From positions 896,001 through 960,000 of the forward strand of contig OY970320.1 of the NCBI GenBank assembly GCA_963716745.1: DNA of 64,000 bases, read 5' to 3'. A model generated the notes under the pieces. The model did no database searches. It was not told the DNA's origin and saw only the letters and a program-made list of their open reading frames with translations. Source of the stretch: an uncultured Gemmatimonadaceae bacterium. Lineage in GTDB: Bacteria; Gemmatimonadota; Gemmatimonadetes; Gemmatimonadales; Gemmatimonadaceae. Shown here in pieces: positions 10,099 through 20,186 of the stretch; positions within the stretch are counted from its first letter, which is position 1, and each line of letters starts with the position of its first letter. Made by a program: the position numbers and the translations under genes.

Positions 10099-11050
10099 AT
10101 GCCTGGAAACCGCGAAGACGCCGAGTCCATCAGCCGCCGCAACGCGATCCAGACCCTCATCGCGATCGGCGCGGGCTCATTGATCGCGCCCAAGTTCGCC
10201 GAGGCACAAGGGGCGGCCGCGCTCAACACACGCACGATCCCGCATTCGGGCGAGAAACTCCCCGTGGTCGGACTCGGCAGCTGGATCACGTTTAACGTCG
10301 GCAACGATCCGGACGCGCTCAAGAATTGCGCGCAGGTCGTGAGTCACTTCGCCGCGCGCGGCGGCCGGCTTATCGATTCATCGCCAATGTACGGCAGTTC
10401 ACAGGCGACGATCGGCTACGCGCTGCGCACGCTCAAGGACAAGAGCGCCATCTTCTCCGCCGACAAAGTTTGGACCTCGTCGGCGAGCGAGGCCGCGCCG
10501 CAGATCGCGGAGACGCGAGAAACGCTGGGGCGTCGCGAAGCTCGATCTGCTCGAGGTGCACAACCTGGAAGGCTGGGAACTTCATCTTCCAAAGCTCTTC
10601 GCGATGAAGGCCGCGGGTCAACTGCGATACGTGGGCGTCACCACGTCGCACAATCGCCGGCTCGACGAGACCGAGCAGATCATGCGCTCGCAGCCGATCG
10701 ACTTCGTGCAGTTCACGTACAACATCAGTGACCGCGAACCCGAGCAGCGCCTCCTGCCGCTCGCGCAGGAGCGCGGCATCGCGGTGATCACCAACCGTCC
10801 GTTCCAGGAAGGCGAACTCATCCAGCGCTTTCAGGGTCGCCCGCTGCCGCCGTGGGCCGCGGAGATCGGCGCGCCCACATGGCCGCGCTTCCTGCTCAGC
10901 TACATCGTGTCGCACCCGGCGGTCACGTGCGCGATCCCGGCGACGAGCCAGGTGGCGCACGTCGAAGAGAACATGAGCGCCGCGTACGGTACCCTTCCCG
11001 ACGCACCGACTCGCAAACGCATGGCGGCGTACGTCGACTCGCTCTCATGA
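10099..11050 (+). CDS. Aldo/keto reductase with Tat-like signal; frameshift near 10530
   Basis: SRRNAIQ leader, LPVVGLGSW, IDSSPMYG; continues as VHNL..W..HL and AIPATS in a second frame. Confidence 0.85.
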
Positions 11051-11700
11051 GCGAATGGTGGACGTACCGCCCTCACGATCTCCTCATGTACTCGGCGCGG
11101 GCCTATTACGGTCTGTTCGCGCTGGAGAATTCGCGAGTGTGGCCGTTGCAGCTCATGGCCATCGCGATCGGCGCCACCGCGATCGAGTGGCTCTGGCGAG
11201 GACGCGCGCGCGATCAGCGGATCGCGATCGTGCTCATCGCGGTAGCATGGTGCAGCGTGGCGTGGCTGTACTTCGTGAACGAGTACAGCACCATCCACAC
11301 GATGGCCCGCGGCTTCGCGATCGCGTTCGTCGCGCAGGCGGTGCTGCTTGCGATCGCTGCAGGGAGACTCGCACCATCCGATGCGCGCTCGCGCGCCGGA
11401 GTCGCGCTCGCCCTGATCGCACTCGCAGGTATCCCACTCCTAGCGCCACTCACTGGACGCCCGTGGTCACAAGCCGAGCTATTCGCGCTCGCGCCTGACC
11501 CGACCGTCGGCGTCACGATCGGCGCACTGCTCCTGCTGCCCGGGGAGCAGATGGTGGCTCTGGCCCATCCCTCTCCTGTGGACACTCTACAACGGAGCAA
11601 CGTTGTGGCTGCTCCACGCCTACGCCGGCCTGGCGCTGCCGGCGATCGCGGTCGTCGCGTTGTTCACACGCATCATCGGCAGGAATTCAGTCGATGCGGC
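11047..11700 (+). CDS. DUF6064-like membrane protein; frameshift near 11545, 3' end uncertain
   Basis: MSEWWTYRPHDLLMYSARAYY..F.L.N..VWPLQ and LAPDPT motifs; ATGA overlap with the AKR gene. Confidence 0.7.
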
Positions 11701-11893
11701 CTCCGTCCCATCCGTTCCATCCGTCCGATCCGTGTAGAATATGAACCGTGATCTCCGCGCGCCCGCAACGATCGATGCGGTTTCGAGGGATCACGGTTCA
11801 TGTTTTGAACGGATCAGACGGATGGAACGGATGGGACGGAGACCGCGTGAAGGGCATCGGCGCGCAAGCAATACTGCATTTTTTGGGAACGGC
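11696..11893. repeat. Family C element: inverted pair of 9-bp-periodic arms (ACGGATCAG-ACGGATGGA-ACGGATGGG-ACGGAGACC)
   Basis: Left arm 11696-11753 is the reverse complement of the right arm 11789-11846; ends with TTGGGAACGGC. Confidence 0.85.
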
Positions 11894-11916
11894 TAGCGCA
11901 TGTTAGGTGGAATTAA

Positions 11917-11958
11917 TTGTCATGCCACACCGGTTCCCGGCAACCGGTTCCCGGTAGT
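11917..11958. repeat. Family A, right half only (copy 2)
   Basis: TTGTCATGCCACACCGGTTCCCGGCAACCGGTTCCCGGTAGT. Confidence 0.9.
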
Positions 11959-12146
11959 AAGAACTACGCACTCGTGACATTTCCGAGTCGTGCATCTCTC
12001 CGGTCCCGACAATATCCTTCGAACCCTATCTCACCTCCGGCGCGCCAAGCGCGCCGACGGTCCGGGAGAGCACCGGCACATCCGCCGGCCTCTGGCGTTG
12101 CCCAATCGGCCACCCGGATCGCGCACGAAGAACAATGGGAGGCACC

Positions 12147-12755
12147 ATGCACAACGGAAGCGCAGTGCTCGTGATCGACATGGCGAACGACTTCGTGTTC
12201 CCTTCCGGAGTCATCGCCGGCGCCGGCGGCGCGGAGTACCAGGAGCGCGCCCAGGCGATCATCCCGCGATTGAGCCGATTGCTCGACGCGGCCCGTCACA
12301 ACGGCACGCTCGTCGTGTACGCGACCGACGCGCATACGCCGGACGACGGCGAGCTCAGGAAGTGGCCACCGCATTCCATGAAGGGAACGAAGCTCGCCGA
12401 GATCGTCGACGACCTGCGTCCGGGCCCGGATGATCTCGTGCTGGAGAAGAACACCTACAGCGCGTTCGCTTCCACCGACCTCGAGCGGCTGCTGCGCGAC
12501 CGCGGCATCACGCGCCTCTACATCACGGGGCTGCACACCGATTGCTGCGCTCGACACGCGAGCGCCGATGCGTTCCAGAAGGGATTCGATCTCGTGTGGG
12601 TGACGGACGCGTTGCAAGCGTTCACTGAAGAGGCCCACCGATCGGGGCTGGAGTACATGAAGTCATGGTACGCGACGGATCCGGATAAACAATTCCGGAC
12701 GGCAAGTGAAATCGAGACCGAATGGAGTCGGGTGCCGGAGATGGCAGAAGCGTAA
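12147..12755 (+). CDS. Isochorismatase/nicotinamidase-family cysteine hydrolase
   Basis: VIDMANDF, D.H, WPPH, K..YSAF and GLHTDCC motifs; GGAGG RBS. Confidence 0.9.
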   Translation: MHNGSAVLVIDMANDFVFPSGVIAGAGGAEYQERAQAIIPRLSRLLDAARHNGTLVVYATDAHTPDDGELRKWPPHSMKGTKLAEIVDDLRPGPDDLVLEKNTYSAFASTDLERLLRDRGITRLYITGLHTDCCARHASADAFQKGFDLVWVTDALQAFTEEAHRSGLEYMKSWYATDPDKQFRTASEIETEWSRVPEMAEA

Positions 12756-12887
12756 CTGCAACGGCCGGGAACCGATTGCCGGGAACCGGTGTGGCATGAC
12801 AACGCATTCCTTAACGACATAGCGCGAAGTCGTGATGTCATGCGTTGTCATGCATCACCGGTTCCCGGCAATCGGTTCCCGGTAGTC
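12754..12887. repeat. Family A hairpin element, copy 3
   Basis: Full palindrome; left end overlaps the TAA stop of the upstream gene. Confidence 0.95.
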
Positions 12888-12929
12888 GCCGTGTTGCGTG
12901 AACCCGCCGTGGATGGCAAGCTCACGGCC

Positions 12930-13700
12930 ATGCGCGTCACCGTTTGCGAACTCCCTCACGACCCCGTCGCGTTCGCGACAGCCTGGGCCAAGCTGTGCGC
13001 TCACGCCGATCGTCAAGAATCCGAACTCGTGCTGCTTCCCGAGTTCGCGATGGTCGAGCCGTTGTGGGAGACGGAACGATTCGATGCGGCTCGCTGGACC
13101 TCCGCGGAGCAGAAGGGGAATGACTTGCTCGCGCGACTTCCCGAGTTGTGCGCTGGGTTCGTCGTGTGCACACGCCCGGTGACGCGTGACGGGCGGCGAT
13201 TGAACGAGAGTTACATCGCTAGCGCGGGTGCGGTGACGCCCCTGCGCAGCAAGCATTTCTTGCCCGATGAGTCCGGCGGTTGGGAAGCAAAATGGTTCGA
13301 CCGCGGCGACGCCGAATTCCCCGTGTATCATTTTGGCGCGATCCAGTTCGGTCTGAACATCTGCACGGAGCTCTGGGCACTCGAGAGCTACGCCGCGTAC
13401 GCTCGCGACGGTGCGCAAGCCATCCTGTGCCCGCGCGCGACCGCCGCCGCCACCACGCCAAAGTGGATGGCGGCCGGTGTCGTGGCGGCCGTGCGTTCGG
13501 GTGCGTACTGCCTCTCATCGAACCGCGTGGATCCTACCGGGGCGACTGGCGGGGTCGGATGGATCATCGGCCCGGACGGCCAGACGCTCGCAACCACCTC
13601 GCGCGAATCTCCGTTCGCGACGATCGAGATCGATCTCGCGGCGCCCGCGAGAGCGCGCGCGACGTATCCGCGATACGTGTTCCGTGATCCAGCGCACTGA
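12930..13700 (+). CDS. Carbon-nitrogen hydrolase (nitrilase superfamily)
   Basis: LVLLPE, K.FLP.E and ICTELW catalytic-triad motifs. Confidence 0.9.
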   Translation: MRVTVCELPHDPVAFATAWAKLCAHADRQESELVLLPEFAMVEPLWETERFDAARWTSAEQKGNDLLARLPELCAGFVVCTRPVTRDGRRLNESYIASAGAVTPLRSKHFLPDESGGWEAKWFDRGDAEFPVYHFGAIQFGLNICTELWALESYAAYARDGAQAILCPRATAAATTPKWMAAGVVAAVRSGAYCLSSNRVDPTGATGGVGWIIGPDGQTLATTSRESPFATIEIDLAAPARARATYPRYVFRDPAH

Positions 13701-13723
13701 TCGCTCGCGAAGAGGCGGGGAAA

Positions 13724-14040
13724 GATCACGGTTCATGTTTGAACGGATCTGACGGATGGAACGGATGGGACGGAGACCGCGTGAAGAGCGTTAGCGCGCG
13801 AACAAATGCAAGCGTTGGGAACAGCTCGCGCGAATCGAGATCGAGCAAGGGAGCGGCGGCGCCCCCGGCGCAGCCGCGGCAGCGAAAAGCGAGAGACTCG
13901 CGCGTCGTCTGCGCGAGGCTCGAAGCGGTTTGAGCGAAAGCGGCCTAGCCGGGGGCGTCGCCGCGACCGGCGGCGCGACGACCCCACGCGCGGTTTGAGC
14001 GAAAGCGGCCTAGCCGGGGCGACGCCGCGACCGGCGGCGC
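13724..14040. repeat. Family C composite repeat (~230 bp) plus a second copy of its GCGGTTTGAGCGAAAGCGGCCTAGCCGGGG subunit
   Basis: Closely matches 17280-17536 along its length. Confidence 0.88.
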
Positions 14041-14050
14041 GAAGTCGTAA

Positions 14051-15463
14051 CTATCGCGCCCGCCATATGGTCATCGTGCCGGTCGTCGCATGCCCGTTCG
14101 AACTTCCCTCCGGCATCGCGATGCGCCCGTCCACCACGATCGGGCTGTTCCAGTGCCCCTTGCCGCAGTCCAGCGTTGCGAGCACCGCGCCGGTCGCCGG
14201 CTCGTACACGCGCAGCTTGCCATCCGCGTCGTACACGTACAACAATCCCCCCGCGATCACCGGACTCGTGCCGCCGTTCGCATTCTTCCACTTCAGCTCG
14301 AGCTTCTCGTTCGCGAACGTGAACGCCTCGGTGCCGCCCTTATCCGCCATGAAGATCCACGTCGCGCCGGCGCTGTGCCACACCGCGGGTGACGCGAACA
14401 ACTTTGCGCCGCTCGGCGTGCGCTCCTTCTGCGATTCGCCGCCGGTGTGCGGCGGCAACGCGCGGAACTTCTTCCAGTCGAGCAGTCGCACATCCCCGTC
14501 CTTCCCGGTCTGCACCACCCATCCGTCGAGCAACACGGGACTCGACGAGCCGAGGTCCTGGTCGGAGCTGTCGAGCTGATCGGTGTTCGTCGGCGTGTAC
14601 GCGCCGAGTATGCGCGACGCGTCCGGCGACAGCTCGATCACGGCGTCGCCCCAATGGTACGTGCCATCCCAGAGTCCGTTGCCGGTGGCGACGAAGAGGT
14701 TGCCCGTCGTGCTATCCACCACGGCGCCCGTGCGTCCCCAGATCGCGCTCCCGCTCTCGCCGCACGAACTCGGCGCGATCAATGCCGCCTTATCGCTGCA
14801 CAGCGAGTTCCACACGCTCAGCAATTTCCCGCTCGCGGCGTCGAGGATCGCGACGTGCCCCTGATACGGTGCGGCGTCTCCAATGTAGCCACCTGTCGTC
14901 GCGATCACGTGCCCGTGAAACACATTGATCGCGCTCGCGATCTTCTCGCGACGCGGGAGCATGGTGATCGACGTGCTCCACACGGCACTGCCGTCGGTCA
15001 CTGACAGCTTCTCGATCGTGCCGCCGGGATTCGCCGCGTAGATGAACGCCCGGCTCGCGTCCGCCGCGGGCGTGGCGGTGGTCACCTGCGCCGTACCCAC
15101 CCACGTGTCGTAGTCGGACGGCGAATGCTGCCAGAGGATCATGCCCGAGTCGGCGTCGATCGCGGCGGTGATGCCGTACGACGTGGTAACGAAGAACACG
15201 TCACGCTTCGCGCCGCGCACCTGCACCCCATGCAGATACATGGCCGACGCGTCCACCGTGCCGGGCAGCGTGATGTGTCGCACGCGCAGTTGGCTCAGGT
15301 CACCCGCGGCGATGCCGGCGGGCGCCGTCGACGCGTTCGATCCGGCGACGTCGAAGCCGAAGCGCGGCCAATCGTGCGTGGCGTCGCCATCGGCGACGGG
15401 AAGCAACACCGCGCCGAACGCGAGGAGCGCCGCCGCGAGGCGCCAGTCATGTGTGTGAGTCAT
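14051..15463 (-). CDS. Secreted PQQ-type beta-propeller protein
   Basis: Signal peptide, DWPRFGFD, repeated A.DA..G...W motifs, DQDLGSSSP. Confidence 0.75.
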   Translation of the reverse strand: MTHTHDWRLAAALLAFGAVLLPVADGDATHDWPRFGFDVAGSNASTAPAGIAAGDLSQLRVRHITLPGTVDASAMYLHGVQVRGAKRDVFFVTTSYGITAAIDADSGMILWQHSPSDYDTWVGTAQVTTATPAADASRAFIYAANPGGTIEKLSVTDGSAVWSTSITMLPRREKIASAINVFHGHVIATTGGYIGDAAPYQGHVAILDAASGKLLSVWNSLCSDKAALIAPSSCGESGSAIWGRTGAVVDSTTGNLFVATGNGLWDGTYHWGDAVIELSPDASRILGAYTPTNTDQLDSSDQDLGSSSPVLLDGWVVQTGKDGDVRLLDWKKFRALPPHTGGESQKERTPSGAKLFASPAVWHSAGATWIFMADKGGTEAFTFANEKLELKWKNANGGTSPVIAGGLLYVYDADGKLRVYEPATGAVLATLDCGKGHWNSPIVVDGRIAMPEGSSNGHATTGTMTIWRAR

Positions 15464-15876
15464 GGTGATAGCTCCGCTCGAGTGGGCAGCAGTTCCCGCA
15501 GTCTCGGCTCGCGTGGCCAGAGTCCCGCCCACACGAGAACGCCGAGCACGACCGGAAGGACGCTCAACCCGACCGGCATGCCGGCGTGGAAGTTCGCTTC
15601 GGTGGCGCCGCCCAGATAACCGGTGAGGAGCAGCGCGCCGAGCACGGCGGTGCGCGGGAAGACGTAGAGCACGAGACAGACGAGCAGCGTGATGCCGATG
15701 CCGAAGATGTAGGCCGGAGAGAATCCGTTCTTCGCCGACGCGGCGAGCACCGCGGGCACCTGCAGGATCTTGGTGAGGCAATCGAAGAGCAGGAACAACA
15801 CGACGAGCGTGGTGATTATCCGGCCGGCCCAGATCTGGGCCTTGCTGGGCTGATAGGCAGTGGGAGTGAGTTGCAT
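15460..15876 (-). CDS. DoxX-family membrane protein
   Basis: LFLLFD...K and PRTAVLGALLLTGYLGGA; GGAGG RBS. Confidence 0.85.
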   Translation of the reverse strand: MQLTPTAYQPSKAQIWAGRIITTLVVLFLLFDCLTKILQVPAVLAASAKNGFSPAYIFGIGITLLVCLVLYVFPRTAVLGALLLTGYLGGATEANFHAGMPVGLSVLPVVLGVLVWAGLWPREPRLRELLPTRAELSP

Positions 15877-15929
15877 TCGTGATCCTCCGGGTTCGAGAGA
15901 GGACTGTTCCGAATGATACACCTATCGGA

Positions 15930-16062
15930 TCGGACTGGCATCAAGGTGTGCGCTGATCGATCCCGTGAGACCGGAGGGATCACGGTTCATGATCTGAACG
16001 GATCTGCGCATGGAGACGGATCGAGCCGCGGAATGCTCGTGCGCAAGGAACTTCTTGGGAAC
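15930..16062. repeat. Degenerate family C element
   Basis: GGACTGGCATCAAGGT...GATCACGGTTCATGATCTGAACGGATC...TTGGGAAC. Confidence 0.6.
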
Positions 16063-16073
16063 TACTCTCGCCG

Positions 16074-16132
16074 TGTCGTGATGTAATGCGTTGTTATGCC
16101 TCACCGGTTCCCGGCAACCGGTTCCCGGTAGT
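16074..16132. repeat. Family A, right half only (copy 4)
   Basis: TGTCGTGATGTAATGCGTTGTTATGCCTCACCGGTTCCCGGCAACCGGTTCCCGG. Confidence 0.9.
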
Positions 16133-16184
16133 CGCATGGCGAGCGGCACTGGACGAATTCGCCAGTCGCATTTAGAGTAAGAGC

Positions 16185-17084
16185 ATGAAGTGGTCCCCGG
16201 TTCTCCTCATCGCGCTCGTCGCGTGTTCGCAGAAGACTGCGAAGGATGCCAAGTCGATCTCGAAGTCGCAGATCGACTCGGCGATGGACGCGCTCAACAA
16301 GAAATTCGCGGACACGCTTCACCCCTTCGCCGCGGGCGCGCACAAGTACGGGCCGCCCACGGGCAAGATCCGAGTCGCGAACATGATCGAGATCAACGGC
16401 ACGCCGGCCGGTCCGGTGGACCTGTACGACGTGTCGCGCCCCGACTCCGCGGCGGTGCCGCTCATCAAGAACTTGGCGTACGGGCAGATCTCGGACTACG
16501 TGTCGCCGCGCGCGGGCGATTCTGCGGCGCCGCGCAGCAATCTCTGGATGTTCCCCGCGGGAACGAAGCAAGCGGCGTTCCCGTACGGCACGAACATCGA
16601 CCACGCCTTCTATGAGCCCGACGACCAGATCACCGTCGCGCCCGGGCCAACGTCAATGGTCGGCTCGATCGGCTACCCGGACCTCGTCGAAGGAGGAAAG
16701 CGCAAGAACTCCTACCGCGACTCGTTGCGCATCATCCCCGCGGGCCAAGCACTGCTCGTCGTGCTCCAATCGAACGTGAATGCCGATTCGTTGCCTGGAC
16801 TGTATCTCATGATCGACGGCGTGTGCCCGCTCACGACCGTGTTCCCCAAGAACACGCATCCCACGGGTCTCGGCACGGACATCAACTTCGGCGTGACACC
16901 CGGCACGCACACGCTGGGCATCATCACGGCGAAGCGCGGATTCGGGCTGCTGAACTGCAACGGCTTGAAGCCCGGGCCAACGACATCGATCACCGTCGAT
17001 GCCGGACATCGGTACGTGGTGCTCGTGTACGGGCTCGCGAAGGACGGGTTCCGGATACTGACGGCGCCGATCGCGGGGCAATAA
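16185..17084 (+). CDS. Putative lipoprotein, beta-rich (DUF4397-like)
   Basis: Lipobox LVAC; KIRVANM..GPVDLY...LAYGQISDY. Confidence 0.6.
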   Translation: MKWSPVLLIALVACSQKTAKDAKSISKSQIDSAMDALNKKFADTLHPFAAGAHKYGPPTGKIRVANMIEINGTPAGPVDLYDVSRPDSAAVPLIKNLAYGQISDYVSPRAGDSAAPRSNLWMFPAGTKQAAFPYGTNIDHAFYEPDDQITVAPGPTSMVGSIGYPDLVEGGKRKNSYRDSLRIIPAGQALLVVLQSNVNADSLPGLYLMIDGVCPLTTVFPKNTHPTGLGTDINFGVTPGTHTLGIITAKRGFGLLNCNGLKPGPTTSITVDAGHRYVVLVYGLAKDGFRILTAPIAGQ

Positions 17085-17113
17085 CGAACGGCCGGTTGCC
17101 CGAGGCATCATTC

Positions 17114-17536
17114 TAGGCCGGACTGACATCAAGGTTCAAGTTTCGACCGGATCAACCGGATGATACGGATCATCCGGATACTTCATCGCGCGTGGAAGGC
17201 TCGTGTGCGCGACTACCTCTGATTTTTTTGGGAACGGCCGAAGCGCGACGCGCCGATCGATTCCAGCGAGGCCAGTACAGATCACGGTTCATGTTTTGAA
17301 CGGATCTGACGGATGGAACGGATGGGACGGAGACCGCGTGAAGAGCGTAAGCGCGCGAAGAAGTAAGACTTGGGAACAGCCCGCGCGAAACGAGATCGAG
17401 CGAGGGAGCGGCGCGGCCCCGGCGCAGCCGCGGCAGCGAAAAGCGAGAGACTCGCGGCGCAGTTCAGCCGCGAGGCTCGAAGCGGTTTGAGCGAAAGCGG
17501 CCTAGCCGGGGCCGCGCCGCGACCGTCCGCGCGACC
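17114..17536. repeat. Family C region: GGACTGACATCAAGG..TTGGGAACGGCC unit followed by the ~250 bp composite repeat
   Basis: 17280-17512 matches 13724-13955; 9-bp CCGGATCAA/CCGGATGAT/ACGGATCAT units at ~17150-17180. Confidence 0.8.
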
Positions 17537-17538
17537 TA

Positions 17539-19353
17539 CTACCCACTCACTCGCGCGCGCATTTTCGCCAACGCAATGATCGCGTCCATCTCCGACCGGT
17601 GCTTCGTGAACGTGTCGTCCACCACTTGCAGCGTCGGGATCCGATCGGGCGTGAGGCTCAGCGTTTGCACATCGAACTTGGAGAATCCCGACTCGTGCAC
17701 GCCGCTGCTGCCCCGCCCCGGCGCGGGGCTGCTCAGGTGCTGGTAGTACCGTGAGTACTTGAGCCAGCGCGGCGAGAAACCCGCTTGGTACATCGGGATG
17801 AAACCGTGCAGCGCGTCGTACGGCATCTCCCCCACGGGCGCGACGCCCGGGAATTTCTCGCGCAAGTTCTTCACCAGGCGCTGCGTGCCCTCGTGCATGT
17901 CGCCGTTCGTGCTGTTCACGTGACCGCCGACGATATCCAGGAAATACGCGTCCACCTCGTATCGTTCGATCGTCTCCGCGATGCGCCCCTCGAGATGACC
18001 CCGCCACGCATCGGCGCCAAGATTCATATAGGCGAGCCACCCGTCCTGATGGCGGTCGTTGTTCCAGTCCACCCATGAGATGTCGTACGCGTTGCCGTCG
18101 ATCTTCTGCGTCTGCGCGGCCGCAATATTTCGCCACACGGGCTGTTTCCGGTTCGCGGCGTTGGTACCGAACATCGGCATGATCCTGAAGCCGAGTGCGC
18201 GTGCGCCGGTGATGAGCGCCCGGAACGCGCCTTCGCCGCCCATGCGCGCGGGCACGGTGTAATTCGGATAATCCCAGTAGTAGCGGCCGTCCCACGCGGG
18301 GAGGAAGACGAGCACGCGCGCCGGCGGGATGCGCTCCGATATCCATTTCAGGATCGCGAGCTGCTGGGTGAAATCGTTGAAGATGAATCCGGTGTAGTGC
18401 ATGCCGTGCAGCGTCACGACGAGTGCGATGTCGCGCATCCACGCGGGCACGTCGGTGCGTTTGTCCCACGACACGAGACCGAATGCGCGTTCGGTCTGGT
18501 CCCAGTGCGCGTCGAGCGCGGCGTCGAGCGACGGCGCGCGACCAATGCGCCACGCGGGCACGGTGACCTGCGTATCGTCGCGCCAGCCGTCGTGCTCGTA
18601 CACGGCTTCCACGCGATACGCGCGCTCGCCCGCCTGGAAATAGTACCGCTTGGGACGCACGCGATCGTCGCGCGAATCGATCCACCAGACGTCGCGATCC
18701 CCCGCCTGCACCGCGGCCACCGGCGTGCTCATGCTCGCCGGCACTTCGTCGCCGTGCAGATCGCCGGCGCAGAACGGATAGCCGCCGATCACATCGTCAT
18801 CGCCGTGATCTCTCAGCGCTCCGCCGCCGAGCGAGATCTTGCCGCGCGGCACATCGCGGATCACAGTCGTGACGCTCCTGATGGGTCGTTCCATCTGCGC
18901 GCGGATCGTCCACTCGATGGTGGACCCGGTTCGAGTGAACTCCGCGCGTACTTGTCCCGCCAATTCCTGCTGCCCGCCCGCGAACACCAGCCGGTCGCAC
19001 GTGAGCACGAGCGCCTCGCCGTTCCCCTCGGCGCGCATGCTCGGCAAGTGCAATCCGTAGGTGTTCTCCGCGGTGAACAGCAAGAAGCTGAACCGGTGCC
19101 CACCGAACGCGACGGCCGGCTCAGGGAAATCGAAGCTGAACTTCATCCACGAATCGCCTCTGGGCGGGATGAACACGTCGCTCGTGGAATGCAGATCGAT
19201 GATCGCGCCGGCGCTGTACCGCGGCGTCAGCGAGATGGTGGCCTTGAGGGGAGAAACGAGTTCGGCAGCCATTTTACTGAACGGCACGAACGCGCTCGCG
19301 CTGGCGGCACTCAGTGTTTTCAGCCAATCCCGTCGCGACCAGCGATCACTCAT
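17539..19353 (-). CDS. Tat-exported putative glycoside hydrolase (TIM-barrel type, family unassigned)
   Basis: SRRDWLK Tat motif; WDGRYYWDYP, YMNLG...W and YFLD motifs typical of (beta/alpha)8 GHs. Confidence 0.55.
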   Translation of the reverse strand: MSDRWSRRDWLKTLSAASASAFVPFSKMAAELVSPLKATISLTPRYSAGAIIDLHSTSDVFIPPRGDSWMKFSFDFPEPAVAFGGHRFSFLLFTAENTYGLHLPSMRAEGNGEALVLTCDRLVFAGGQQELAGQVRAEFTRTGSTIEWTIRAQMERPIRSVTTVIRDVPRGKISLGGGALRDHGDDDVIGGYPFCAGDLHGDEVPASMSTPVAAVQAGDRDVWWIDSRDDRVRPKRYYFQAGERAYRVEAVYEHDGWRDDTQVTVPAWRIGRAPSLDAALDAHWDQTERAFGLVSWDKRTDVPAWMRDIALVVTLHGMHYTGFIFNDFTQQLAILKWISERIPPARVLVFLPAWDGRYYWDYPNYTVPARMGGEGAFRALITGARALGFRIMPMFGTNAANRKQPVWRNIAAAQTQKIDGNAYDISWVDWNNDRHQDGWLAYMNLGADAWRGHLEGRIAETIERYEVDAYFLDIVGGHVNSTNGDMHEGTQRLVKNLREKFPGVAPVGEMPYDALHGFIPMYQAGFSPRWLKYSRYYQHLSSPAPGRGSSGVHESGFSKFDVQTLSLTPDRIPTLQVVDDTFTKHRSEMDAIIALAKMRARVSG

Positions 19354-19410
19354 CGAGTGCTCCATTCGAAACGGGAACCAGCGCCCCCGACAACTTACGC
19401 CCTCCCAGCC

Positions 19411-19485
19411 GCGCGCAATGTCGTGACACCATTCGTCGTCATGCCTCACCGGTTCCCGGTAACCGGTTCCCGGCAGTCAGCCGTT
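19411..19485. repeat. Family A, right half only (copy 5)
   Basis: GCGCAATGTCGTGACACCATTCGTCGTCATGCCTCACCGGTTCCCGGTAACCGGTTCCCGG. Confidence 0.9.
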
Positions 19486-19558
19486 CGGACGCTTTCCATC
19501 CCCTATCAAATAGGGTATAAATAGGTGCTGTCGCCACAACCTCAACCACGAGGCTACC

Positions 19559-20023
19559 ATGAGACGTTCCATTCTCGCCGCGACACTGCTGTTCGCCGGC
19601 GCCTCCCTCTCGGCTCAAGCCGCCCCCGCCGCCGCGCCCGCACTCAAGTGGGGACCCGCGCCGCCAGTCTTCCCCGCCGGCGCGCAGATGGCCGTCGTAT
19701 CGGGCGACCCGTCGAAAGCGGGACCGTTCGTGATCCAGCTCAAACTGCCTGATGGGTACACGATCGCGCCGCACTTCCACCCGACGATGGAAAGCGTGCA
19801 GGTCATCTCGGGCATGTTCATGGTCGGGATGGGAGATACGGTGAAGACCGCCGACATGAAGATGTTCATGGTCGGCCAGAGCGGGAGCATCCCGGCGACC
19901 ATGCACCATTACGCACGCGCCCAAGGCCCCACGATCGTGCAGGTGACGTCGACGGGCCCGTTCGCGCTCACGTACGTGAATCCGGCGGACGATCCGTCGA
20001 AGATGGCGAAGCCGGGACAGTAA
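19559..20023 (+). CDS. Secreted cupin-domain protein
   Basis: Signal peptide; GDPSKAGPF, APHFHP..E.V.VISG and MHHYA cupin motifs. Confidence 0.85.
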   Translation: MRRSILAATLLFAGASLSAQAAPAAAPALKWGPAPPVFPAGAQMAVVSGDPSKAGPFVIQLKLPDGYTIAPHFHPTMESVQVISGMFMVGMGDTVKTADMKMFMVGQSGSIPATMHHYARAQGPTIVQVTSTGPFALTYVNPADDPSKMAKPGQ

Positions 20024-20152
20024 CTGCTAACTACCGGGAACCGATTGCCGGGAACCGGTATGGCATGAACACGCATGGCATCACGACTTCGCCCAATGTC
20101 GTGATGCCATGCGTTGTTATGCCTCACCGGTTCCCGGCAATCGGTTCCCGGC
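20022..20152. repeat. Family A hairpin element, copy 6
   Basis: Full palindrome abutting a TAA stop. Confidence 0.95.
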
Positions 20153-20186
20153 TTGCTCACGCCATGTGACAATCCCCGGAGGCCCA

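Noticed and set aside
12789..12929. ORF-track N-terminal extensions and short ORFs containing MRCHASPVPGNRFP / REPIAGNR
   Set aside because: They are translations of the family A repeat, not a protein family
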